From the human T2T-CHM13v2.0 reference genome, Homo sapiens, in assembly GCF_009914755.1 (NCBI RefSeq), contig NC_060947.1: 64,000 bases of DNA; one strand, written 5' to 3'. Below, piece after piece: positions 27,081-39,710 of the stretch (its first letter is position 1; each line of letters opens with the position of its first letter). A program made the position numbers and the translations under genes. The notes under the pieces are model-generated. The model worked only from the letters and a program-made list of their open reading frames with translations. It was not told the origin of the DNA and ran no database searches.

Positions 27081-28210
27081 AAAAGAATATGTGAAGGTAG
27101 TTATATTATTCCATTTATCTTTTCTTATAGATGATGAAATGATTTCTATTTTGTGCTCTCCAATTGCTAATATGAAACATTTTCCAAGAGAGATAGCTGA
27201 CCAAACATGAGAATATTTCTAATCAAATTAAGTGTTTTATATAATCAGAATCACGATGAAGACTGTTTGCTGAAGTTGGCTTGGGACTAAACACCATTAT
27301 TTGAAACTCAAATAGCTGTCTCATTTTAAATGTGTAAAGGACAGCCTTCAGGCAAAGTCCATTTTCAAAATGGGTTTGCACCAAAGCTGTTTGGAAGGCC
27401 AATCTTTAAGGTCAGATTCATTTTGGAAATTCCATCTGCCTTGTTTAGTGTTAGGTAGAATAGAACTTATCACAAATCAATTGAAGAATATTGGTATAAG
27501 CCTATATAGTTCTACCATTTTAAAAATCAACCAAAAGCACTTAGAAATTCAGACTTGCTTTCAGAATAGCTTTACTGAGTCGGTTTTCACCTTACCCTTT
27601 GATGTGGTGGATAATATTACAGTAAAGAGTGGGGAAAAAAGGAGGTAATAATTGTTAAACCTGTAGTGGCATTTTAGGTTTTATTTCAGAATTACCCATA
27701 TTGGACATTATCATAAGGGAACACACATAAACTGTTTTATATAAAGCTATATATCTACGTGTATTTCTTTATGTGAAATGACTTTGCCTTTCAAGAAAAA
27801 GAGAATCATATTAAATACAATTTTTAATTTTACCAAACTAGTTTTGAATTATCTAGTGGAAATTTTCAGTCTGTATTTCAAAAAATACATTGTGCCTTTA
27901 GCAATAACGTTTAAAAATTATTTCTAATCAAGAAGCTTGTGAAAATAATACTGCTAAATTTAATACCCACCTCAATAGCATTCAATGCTATTTTTGGACA
28001 TTCAATTATACATTATATGTAAACTGAAGTGGGTCCTCTGTTGAGTCTGGACAATGTCTATATAACTGAGTGTTTACAAACTTAGCTAGATGAGAAAAGT
28101 TTACTTTGTGTATTCTAGCCCTAAATTAGATTTTAAATTTCTTGAAAGCTGGTTATACAAACGTTTTTTTTTTTCTTGCCCCTGTCTCCTAAGTTCTTTG
28201 GGTCCTCAAG

Positions 28211-28465
28211 TTTTGGCACATTATTCTATATATAGTAGGAACTCAGTAGATGAATAATTTGTGATTTACAGACTATGAAGCTAATGAATGATGATGTTTG
28301 AAGATCTTATCCATCTGGACCTTTCCTCATGCTAGGCACATTATTTTGGCCCGTTATTCTAGATATAGTAGGGACTCCATAAATGAATAATTTGTGACTT
28401 ACAGACTATGAGGCTAATGAATGATGATGTTTGAAGATTATATCCACCTGGACCTTTCCTCATGC
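28211..28465. repeat. Local direct duplication, 2 x 122 bp with an 11-bp spacer
   Basis: 28211-28332 versus 28344-28465, about 12 mismatches by manual alignment. Confidence 0.92.
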
Positions 28466-31400
28466 CTGTAGAAGCAAATTAAAGTTATTATTTAATTAAT
28501 AATTAGGCAGCATAAAGCAAGAAAATGTCATTAACTATTTTATAAGCTAATTAACAATGTGGCTGTTAACATTATTTTATCAAGGTCAGGTAGTAAGTCA
28601 AGACAGATAGAGAAGCATAATCTGTATCTTCTGTCTCAGTCTGAGTTCTCCCTTGTAATAGGCTGCTTTTCTCCTCCACTTTCTGGAATAGATGAGGGGG
28701 ATTTTGTTTAAACAACATTATATGTAGTGCTAACCACTTGTAAAAATAAAATCTTATCCTTTACATTTTCCATAGTTGTACTATAGAATTGCATCGTAGA
28801 AATGTTGTTGATCATAATAACTTTTATAGATTTCATAAATACATCAACAAGGCAGAGAAAATTAATGATGCTTGATAAAGAAATAAGATAAATTCATTTC
28901 TCAAGAACATTTTGATTGTAAGCTACTCCTGTATTGTCTTTTAACATTAATGTCTATGCAATAAACTCAGTGGTGAATAAGAAATAAAGAAAAGGGCCAA
29001 TGACAGAAGTAATAGCACCAAGTAATAATTAATAATGTTGAATGGAAAGAAAATAAAATAATGAGGATAAATCTGATAAGAGTATTCAGGAATGTAACAG
29101 AGCACTGTCTACTATCGCTTCTAAAAGCAGGAATAGGGCTATTTCCTGCTATACAGTGTTGCTAGCTAATATGATGAATAGGTGGAAATGCTTGCCCTTC
29201 ATCTTTCCTTTTTAAAAATATTCTTTCTCTGTTTCTTTTCCTTTTTTACCTAAATTTTTCAGAGATTTCCAAATGTTTACTAGTTCTTTTCTACTTGTCT
29301 TGATTTTTGAGCTCTTTGAAGGAAAGAGAACTTATAAATCTTATTAATCAAACAAAAGAGAATATGAAGATACAATAATATAGCCTTAGTGAAAACAGAG
29401 CTGAAGAGGATACGAAGAACATTCCTTTTCAATTTGGTACGTATTTTTTTACTGTTGTGTCTAGGTTACTTGCTTCTCAGAAACATGAAATAATTCAACT
29501 ATAGACAGGGTACATAAACATATCATCTAACTCCCACTGGGTTAGATACAGGGAAGCTACTTTTATATGGAAGTAAATAATAATTAGCTTGAAAATAATA
29601 AATTTGGAGGGATTACAAAGAACAACCACAGAGAAAATGACTTAGAATATGAAGCTTTATACTCTTTTTCCCACTGGCCCCAACTCTACACTAGAAATAT
29701 TCTCAACACAATCAGAATATTAGAAAATGTCTTAAACATTAAAAAATGAGTTTTAAAAAATTGTTTAAACAGATTTTATTAAATCCAGAATAACGTTAAT
29801 TTTTAATTTGTATTTGTTTTAATAACTGCAATAATGTCAGGAGAAATCTCAAAAAAATTGTTTTATAAAATAAGTTCATTGTCTTGATAGTTATTTTTTT
29901 TCCTTCCCGCATTATAGGAATTCATGAAGTTACGTCTGTCATCTTCATTTGTTATTTGAAGTTACTCTGCAAGTTACCTTAATAAACTCATTCATTATTT
30001 TTCAGAATATGAAAACACAGGAGACATGGTATTGAAAGCTAATTAGACACCCCTGAGCACATATCAGAAACGTATCAAAGTTAGTACCTGTTTTTTTTTT
30101 TTCTGATAAAAGTACTAGCTTCTAATGTGTGAGTACCTAATATAGCAAAAGAATCCTAATATATGAAATCTAAGGAGAAAATACATAGAAATCCAATTTT
30201 AAAGTAAAATGTTGTTGTTTTGAATTTCCAATGATAGGTTTTAGATCTTCTTTTTCTTTACTTAAGTGAAGCAGCAAATATAGATGGGACGCTTGCATGT
30301 ACATTAACGACTGCCAATGCTATATTGGCAATGAATTCATCAACTCATATGACAGATTCAAGATTAAGTTCTTATGCCTTCCTTGACATTTTGAAGTAGA
30401 CCATTTTTGTTGTGGAAGAAAGAGGGAAAGGAAAGGTCATAGAATTTTTATCAGTCAGTCTTATTGTCTTTTAAAATAGCAATGTCTGTTTAATGTCAGT
30501 GAACCATTCAGATGGGGATTCGTGGGTAATTTGTTGATGGAGAGCATTTTTGCTACATTTTACATCTCAAGATGTATAATCCCTTAAACTTGGCAATAAT
30601 AGAATACTCTATAACTTACTAGATGGATCCTCTGTGCAAGATGAGTTATTTCTGCTTCCAGTCATCCTCTTCCCATAATATAAATAAAACCTGCACAAGT
30701 CCAAAACCTTGAACTTTATCTTACCATCTTCTCAGAAAATAACACTTTGTATTAAAATTTTACAAGCGACACGTGGAATTATACTTTTAAGTGAAAACAT
30801 ATGTAGTAGACTACAATCAACATTTAATAATAAATGCCCATGCATCTTGACTTTTTACCAAAATTAAGTATTGCAAAGAAATTTATTAGATTCTTTTACT
30901 TGACGTTCAATAATTCATTCTAGTCAAAGGGGCCTATCCTAGTCCATCCTCATGGTGGCAGCCATAGATATTTAGTTACTATGTGAATAAATAATGCTTT
31001 AATTCACTGCTATGTCATGGTCTCCAATATGTATTTTCTACGGTATTGAAACCTTAAAGAAGATGTCTTGTAGCATATTTTTCCCTAGAAAATGTATTAC
31101 ATGGTATCCAGTAAGATCTAGTTATTTTCAGTTGGTTTCCTACTAATTTTCTGTTAATTGGTGGTAAAAAAAACTAAGGTTTATTAAATCACTTTTGAGT
31201 TATTCCCTTGAATTATATACGTATATTATGTGACTTTTGTGCTAAAATAATCTTTTCTATGTTTTTAGATATGCTTAAAATTCTTTTATAACCTTAAGTA
31301 TGTATTGAGTTGCAGCTACACTTTGATTTATAAAATATATTTTAAAATTATTTGCATATGTGGACATATCTGTGTATGTGTACAAGCTCAGACATAAACC

Positions 31401-32709
31401 ATGTTACTACTAGTTAGAAATGTCAAATTAATCAATAATCATATAACTTATTCATTGACAAGTAACTCAATAAGTAATTTCAGAAATTATAGAATACTAG
31501 ATGTCATTATATATTCACATAGTTTGACTTAATGAAATGTTTGATGTGAAACATGGCATTAATAGTTCATAAAGAAGACTTTTTTTCTCCTTCGGATGCT
31601 CTTATAGTCTTCTAATTCAACAAAAATTTTGACAGTTAGAAGACAAAGAAGAAAATAGTCTGGAGAAAATGAAGATTACTTGAAATCCTAATTCAAAATC
31701 TAAGAGGCTTCCGGGTAGAAATGAATTCTCTAAGTATGCCTGAGTGTTAAGGAAAGCAGCTGACCTTCAGAGACACTCTAAACCATTTATACCCAGGTTT
31801 ATGTCATCAACATAGTTCATCACAACCTATTTCCATTCTTGCAGATGAGGGTCTTGGATTCCTAGGTGTCATGGCATCAAGTCTATATCCTCCATTATAA
31901 CCTCATAGATAGTTTCTTCTGTTAAAACTACATTGGAGCAAAGTACATTTAAAAACCCTTTATTGTTCTTGCTTATTATCTATATTGTAGTATATACATA
32001 GTAGATTCCACAGAAATAGTTGGGTCTTCAATTGACTTGCAAATCAATTTTTCTTATTTTCTCCAAGTAGCATAATTTTGCAATTTAATGCTATCTTTGA
32101 AGACAAATATCATTTTTGTTTATGGACCATAGAGATTACATGAAAGAAAAAGACATTATACATCAGAGCCAGAGAGAAATTCAAAAAGAAAACAAGGGCT
32201 GATTTCAGTCAGTGTCCTGTTTTAACAGACACTGGAGCCACAAGCTTTCTAATTAGGGTGATTTATTATAGAACCCACTCCATTCCACCAAACTCTGGCA
32301 TTTTTCTGTTCTTTCACACAACACTGTCACCTGGATTCCTAAAGCTGAAGCAAAACGGTTCCTGAAGTAATTGAATCAGCTTTGTTATTTTCAGCTCTGA
32401 GGACGTCTGTTGGTGAAGTTCTGGACTACTAGCAACCAATGATCCAGCCCCGGGCTGGGTCAGAAAATCAAAATGAAACAAAAACAAAAGATACAAATAA
32501 GTATTATATCTTGTAAGCCAAAGGCTGTGTTAAAGTAGTAAATGCCAGAGTAGGATTCTAATCCTGGTCTATCTGACTCCCCAAGCCCAGGATCTCAACC
32601 AATATGCTGTACAGCTTTCTCTTTTGTAACCATCCAAAATCCAAGTTCGGGGATTGAGACCATTCATCTATGAGATGTTTTAATTCAGAGAAATCAAACA
32701 TCAAAATTA

Positions 32710-33027
<318 letters not shown>

Positions 33028-33599
33028 ACTTATCAAAATTATAAGGAACAAATAAGGTATGGGACACTGATCATAGTCAGCACTACTGGCTTCCTGACAG
33101 CAGTCAAAATTTTCTGCACTTACTTTCTAAATGTGGAATGTTCTTTCTACAAGTATCTATGAGCATCTGACATGTATGGGTATTAGTGCATAATTGTAGC
33201 TCTGTGCACGTGACTATAGCTGGTAGAGCTCATAGAAACTCAAACCTTGTAACTTTTTTTCTAGATCTCGTTGAAATGGACATTACTAATACATATTATA
33301 TTTCAGCATGTATTTATATGCTTTAAGCCACTGTGTGCTTATTAAATATCCATTATATAATGTATCTAATTATGATAAGAAATAGTGAAAATTTATTGTT
33401 TGGATATTTACATTTTTAAAATTGCAAAAAATTAATTCTTGTTTATTTTATAGGTAACTGAAAATAATGTTTAGCTTTTTATGAAATAATAGCCATTTTA
33501 AACAACAGAATAAAATTTATTTTAATTGGACATGTAGAAAGTATACATTCTCACTTGCAGTTCATTTATTTACCTAACATGTATTTATATAAGAATGAT

Positions 33600-34257
33600 T
33601 TCTGTGATTCTAACCTTGACCTCTTCAGTCATTTCTCAATCAAGCTGCCACAACCATCCTTTAAAACTCAGATCACATCACTCTTCTGCTCATGACCCAC
33701 CAATTGCTTCCCATTTCTCTCAAAGAAAGTTAAAATACTTTACCATGTTCTACAAGTCCCGCTACCATTTGTCCCCTCCCCTTTCCGTTCTTCTCTGACC
33801 TCCTTTCCTCTTATATATGGTCCTTATCTTATGATGAATCAATTTATGATTTTTTGACTTTATGATGGTGCAAAAGTAATCCACATTCAGCATAAATTGT
33901 ACTTCGAGTATGCATACAGTCATTCAGTTTTCCACTTTCACTTCAGTATTCAGGAACTTACATGAGATATTCAGCACTTTACTATAAAATAGGCTTTGTA
34001 TTGGCTAATTTTGTCCAATGTAGGCTAATGTAAGTGTTCTGAGGACGGTAAGGTAGGCTAGGCTAAGCCATGATGTTTGGCAGCTTAGGTGTATTAAATG
34101 CATTTTTGACTTAAGATAGTTTCAATTTAGATGCTCCTTGACTTAACAATGGGTTTATCAGGACATAACCCCTTCGTAAGTCTAGAAGCATCTGTACTCT
34201 TTCCTGGTCTCCCTTGGCTCTAGCGATACTGGCCTGCTTGCTATGCCTTCAACATAT
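33600..34257 (+). mobile_element. L2 fragment interrupted by MER47A
   Basis: cagatcacatcactcttctgctcatgaccc...cttcccatttctctcaaagaaa before the insertion, and ctctagcgatactggcctgcttgctatgccttcaacat after it. Confidence 0.65.
33815..34194 (-). mobile_element. MER47A (TcMar-Tigger MITE)
   Basis: ggtaggctaggctaagccatgatgtttggcag...gtgtattaaatgcattt, and the terminus cgtaagtctagaagcatctg followed by TA. Confidence 0.82.
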
Positions 34258-34980
34258 ACACTGAAGTTGTGATTGCTTTTTATTTACGCTATCTATTTCA
34301 CTGAAGATTTCTCCCCTGGTATCTTGTTTCATTTTTTTGATTTCCTTAAATTGGACCTCACCTCTTTCTGGTGCCTCCATGATTAGCTTAATAATTGACC
34401 TTCTGAATTCTTTTTCAGGTAAATCAAAGATTTCTTCTTGGTTTGGATCTATTGCTGGTGAGCTAGTGTAATTCTTGGGGCATGTTAAGGAACCTTGTTT
34501 CTTCATATGACTAGAATTGCTTTTCTGGTTCTTTCTCATTTGGTAGGCTATGTCAGAGGGAAGATCTGGGGCTCAAAGTCGCTGTTCAGATTCTTTTGCC
34601 TCCTGGGGTTTTCCCTTGATGTAGTAGTCTCCCCTTTTCCTAGGGATGTGGCTTCCTGTGAGCTAAACTGTAGTGATTGTTATTTCTCTTCTGGATCTAC
34701 CCACCCAGCTAGGAGTAGGTTGTCTGCACAGAGTCCTGTGATGTGTACCGTCTTCACGTCTCTTAGCTGTGAATACCAGCACAGTGTTTTGGTTGTCTCC
34801 CAGGTCCTGTAGGAGCAATCCACTTTCCTCAGGATGTCTATGGATTCTCTTGGCTTTCCTGGTATATTCCTGAAGTAGTTCTTGGAGCAAAAGTCCATGA
34901 TTCAAGTCTCCACACGCTGCTCTGTCTGTCTGAGTGGGAGTTGTAACTTAGTTCTGCCGTCTATCTACCATTTTTCTCAG
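34258..34980 (-). mobile_element. L1PB-type 5' UTR remnant plus ORF1 N-terminus (copy A)
   Basis: ORF 34249-34539 (MRKNQKSNSSHMKKQGSL...DLPEKEFRRSIIKLI) is an L1 ORF1 N-terminus. The reverse complement of the end, gaaaaatggtagatagacggcagaactaag, resembles the L1PB 5' start. Confidence 0.85.
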
Positions 34981-36514
34981 TATCCACCCAGAACAGCTTA
35001 TCAAGATGTGCATAAAAATTGCAGACCTGTGACCATGTATTATCTTGTCTTGTTATGCTCTCGTACTTCAAAACACATTTATTTCACCCACGTAACTCAT
35101 TATTCTCATTTGTCATGAAATATTTGTGCACTGATAGACAATGAAAATTGGCATCTTCCTCTAGGATTTTCATTTCACTGATGGCAGGTTTTGAAGTTCT
35201 ATAGATGATTTTCAATTCAAAGTGGAAGAAAGAACTCGTGAGATAATTTCAAACTTCTGAGTAACTTCTGTTCAGTATGATGTTTACTTTACTGCGATCA
35301 CGGGTCAATTGTTCTTCAGTCCAAAAATACAATAATCCCTAATCAGATATATCTGTTTCGTTTCAAGAACTAAAATTACTTCTAATTTACAAGACTCACT
35401 TCTTATAAACTATTCCATCAATTTAATTCTACTCCTACAAAGCTCTTTTGTGTAGGTTCACAAATAAATCATTCTACGTCTCTTTGCTTTCAGAATAAGT
35501 CATCCAAGAATGACTCAGAGTAGGTTCGACTAATGCATGACGTCTTTTAATTTCATGTAAACTAACAATATTCAATTTCATTTGGAAATATTTTATATCA
35601 CCTGAACCTATGGGGTACATATAGTAAGTTTTCTTTCCATTTCTTTAGCTATCTTTAATATTTACATTGAATAATTTTCTAAGATCTGTAACTATGAAAT
35701 TCTATTTTATCTTACTGATATCAATGTTATTTATAGTGTAATAATAATTATATTATCTTTACATTTGAATGGACTACACTGGCCTTGAGTCAAATTTTTT
35801 AACACAGTTAAATAAACATGTAATTAAACACTGCATGTTTATTTACTGCAAGCATCATATTAGTCACTGTTAAATGAGGTAAAATCCATTTTTCTTTAGC
35901 TCACTTCATAATTCTCTACTGTGTATGATTCATCCCTTCATCTGGAATCTGCTGTAGGTGAGCTTCCGTTGCGTTGGGTATGGAAGAGGTTTGTTCACAC
36001 TGACTTACTGACACAGCAGCTATGAGTTAATGGAAAGGATGTTATGATTTCTTAAGATCATCAATCAACTCCTAAACATTGCCTATAAAGGATCATATAG
36101 ATTATAAAGAAGACATGTGAAGTGTTTAAATGGAAACTTCTGTTATTTTCAAGCAATGGGAAATTGGAAGTATTAACTCAGTCTGACTGTATGACCATAC
36201 CATCAATTGGAGAATAAGCTATTTCCAGTTGCCCTACAACTGAAATGATAATTTTCTTCATCATTATCATAACTTTCTATTTTACAGAATAAAAAATTGT
36301 TAATATTGAAGATGCAGTATCTTATATTTATACTCCATCTACTGGCCTTGGATACTAAATGGATTGGAGCTTTTGCCTTGAGTAAATGTATTCCTACAAA
36401 AAAACGTAGTGTTTTATAGAGAAAAGGGATATTAGAAAGACATTATATACCCAAACCTCTCATTTGATAGGTGAGAAAACTGATGTCAACTTAGTTGCTA
36501 TTCCTTCAACATAT

Positions 36515-37240
36515 AAACTGAAGTTGTGATTGCTTTTTATTTATGCTATCTATTTCACTGAAGATTTCTCCCCTCATATCTTGTATCATTTTTTTGATCT
36601 CCATAAATTGGACTTCACCTTTTTCTGGTACCTCCTTGATTAGCTTAATAATTGACCTTCTGAATTCTTTTTCAGGTAAATCAGGGATTTCTTCTTAGTT
36701 TGGATCTATTGCTGGTGAGCTAGTGTAATTCTTGGGGCATGTTAAGGAACCTTGTTTCTTCATATGACTAGAATTGCTTTTCTGGTTCTTTCTCATTTGG
36801 TAGGCTATGTCAGAGGGAAGATCTGGGGCTCAAAGTTGCTGTTCAGATTCTTTTGCCTCCTGGGGTTTTCCCTTGATGTAGTAGTCTCCCCTTTTCCTAG
36901 GGATGTGGCTTCCTGTGAGCTAAACTGTAGTGATTGTTATTTCTCTTCTGGATCTAGCCACCCAGCAGGACTAGGTTGTCTGCACAGACAGAGTCCTGTG
37001 ATGTGTACCATCTTCAGGTCTCTCAGCTGTGAATACCAGCACAGTGTTTTGGTTGTCTCCCAGGTCCTGTAGGAGCAATCCACTTTCTTCAGGGTGTCTA
37101 TGGATTCTCTTGGCTTTCCTAGTATATTCCTGAAGTAGTTCTCGGAACAAAAGTCCATGATTCAAGTCTCCACACGCTGCTCTGTCTGTCTGAGTGGGAG
37201 CTGCAATTTAGTTCTGCCTTCTATCTACCATTTTTCTCAG
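36515..37240 (-). mobile_element. L1PB-type 5' UTR remnant plus ORF1 N-terminus (copy B)
   Basis: Duplicate of 34258-34980. Confidence 0.85.
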
Positions 37241-39336
37241 TATCCACCCAGAACAGCTTATCAAGATGTGCATAAAAATTGCAGACCTGTGACCATGTAT
37301 TATCTTGTCTTGTTATGCTCTCGTACTTCAAAACACATTTATTTCACCCACGTAACTCATTATTCTCATTTGTCATGAAATATTTGTGCACTGATAGACA
37401 ATGAAAATTGGCATCTTCCTCTAGGATTTTTATTTCACTGATGGCAGGTTTTGAACTCCATAGATGATTTTCAATTCAAAGTGGAAGAAAGAACTTGTGA
37501 GTTAATTTCAAACTTCTGAGTAACTTCTGTTCAGTATGATGTTTACTTTACTGCAATCGCAGGTCAACTGTTCTTCAGTCCTAAAATACAATAATCCCTA
37601 ATCAGATATATCTGTTTCAAGAACTAAAATTACTTCTAATTTACAAGACTCGCTTCTTATAAACTATTCCATCAACTTAATTCTACTCCTACAAAGCTCT
37701 TTTGTGTAGGTTCACAAATAAATCATTTTACGCCTCTTTGCTTTCAGAATAATTCATTCAGGAATGACTCAGAGTAGGTTCGACTAATGCATGACGTCTT
37801 TTAATTTCATGTAAACTAACAATATTCAATTTCATTTGGAAATATTTTATATCACCTGAACCTATGGGGTACATATAGTAAGTTTTCTTTCCATTTCTTT
37901 AGCTATCTTTAACATTCACATCGAATAATTTTCTAAGATCTGTAACTATGAAATTCTATTTTATCTTACTGCTATCAATGTTATTTATAGTGTAAAAATA
38001 ATTATATTATCTTTACATTTGAATGGACTACACTGGCCTTGAGTCAAATTTTTTAACACGGTATTAAACATTGCATGTTTAGTTACTGCAAGCATCATAT
38101 TAGTCACTGTTAAATGAGGTAAAATCTATTTTTCCTTAGCTCACTTCATAATTCTCTACTGTATATGATTCATCCCTTCATCTGGAATCTGCTGTAGGTG
38201 AGCTTCCATTGTGTTGGGTATGGAAGAGGTTTGTTCACACTGACTTACTGATACAGCAGCTATCGAATAATGGAAAAGATGTTATGATTTCTTAAGATCA
38301 TCAGTCCACTCCTAGACATTGCCTGTAAAGAATCATATATATTATAAAGAAGACATGTGAAGTGTTTAAATGGAAACCTCTGTAGCTTTCAAACAATGGG
38401 AAATTGGAAATATTAACTCAATCTGACTACATGACCTTACCATCATTTGGAGAATAAGCTATTTCCAGTTGCCCTACAACTGAAATGATAATTTTCTTCA
38501 TCATTATCATGACTTTCTCCTTTATACAATAAAAAGTTTTAATATTGAAGATGCAGTATCTTATATTTGTACTCCATCTACTGATCTTGGATTCTAAATG
38601 GATTGGAGCTTTTGCCTTGAGTAAATGTATTCCTACAAAAACCATAGAATTTTAGAGAGAAAAATGATATTAGAAAGACATTATATACCCAACCCTCTCT
38701 TTTGATTGATGAGAAAACTGATGCCAACTTAGTTATGAATTACCTGGATTTACATGAACAAGAAGTGGAACTGGAGCTTAGGTCTCTTGATTCATTTTCT
38801 GGAGCTTTTCCTACTCCACAAACTCCTTTTATTATGAATTCTGTACTCCAAATATTACTATAAATGAAGAATTCAATGTAGGATTTTTTTTTCATCACTA
38901 AGGCATGTGTTAGTTAACAAATACAGTCAAGGAGAAAATGAAATATTTGAAATTAGCTGAAGTTATACTAAAGGCACAAAGAAAAATTCTCAGACATTAG
39001 TAGGTACTCAGTAAAAGAGAGAAATTCAGCATCATAAAGCTGTAAACGCCTTGATAAATGTGAGGTCAATCAATAAAATAATGGCAGTGAACTCGTGTGG
39101 CTCATAGCATAGCACAGAAGATAAATCTGAAAGAGAAACAGCAAAATGTTGTGAACAATAGCAGCATCGTTGAAATAAATAGTCCCCATTTATACTAGTC
39201 TGTAGTTAGAGTTCTAATGAATTAATAATTTTTATTGATTTCAGTTTCTAAAAGAAATTGCTATTCTTGTCATCTTTATCTGCCTTGGAATCTGATAAAA
39301 TCTAAGTTGACTACTTCTCATTAAAAGAAATTGTTA

Positions 39337-39710
<374 letters not shown>

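Larger units (their letters stand above)
34238..38734. repeat. Head-to-tail tandem duplication: copy A 34238-36494, copy B 36495-38734
   Basis: Colinear throughout. The ORF track shows paired translations (34495/36752, 34882/37157). The junction has 2-bp tt microhomology. Confidence 0.97.

Noticed and set aside
30006-30079. Plus-strand exon candidate (ttttcAG...|GTTAGT)
   Set aside because: Stops in all three frames and a weak donor. Such pairs arise often by chance.
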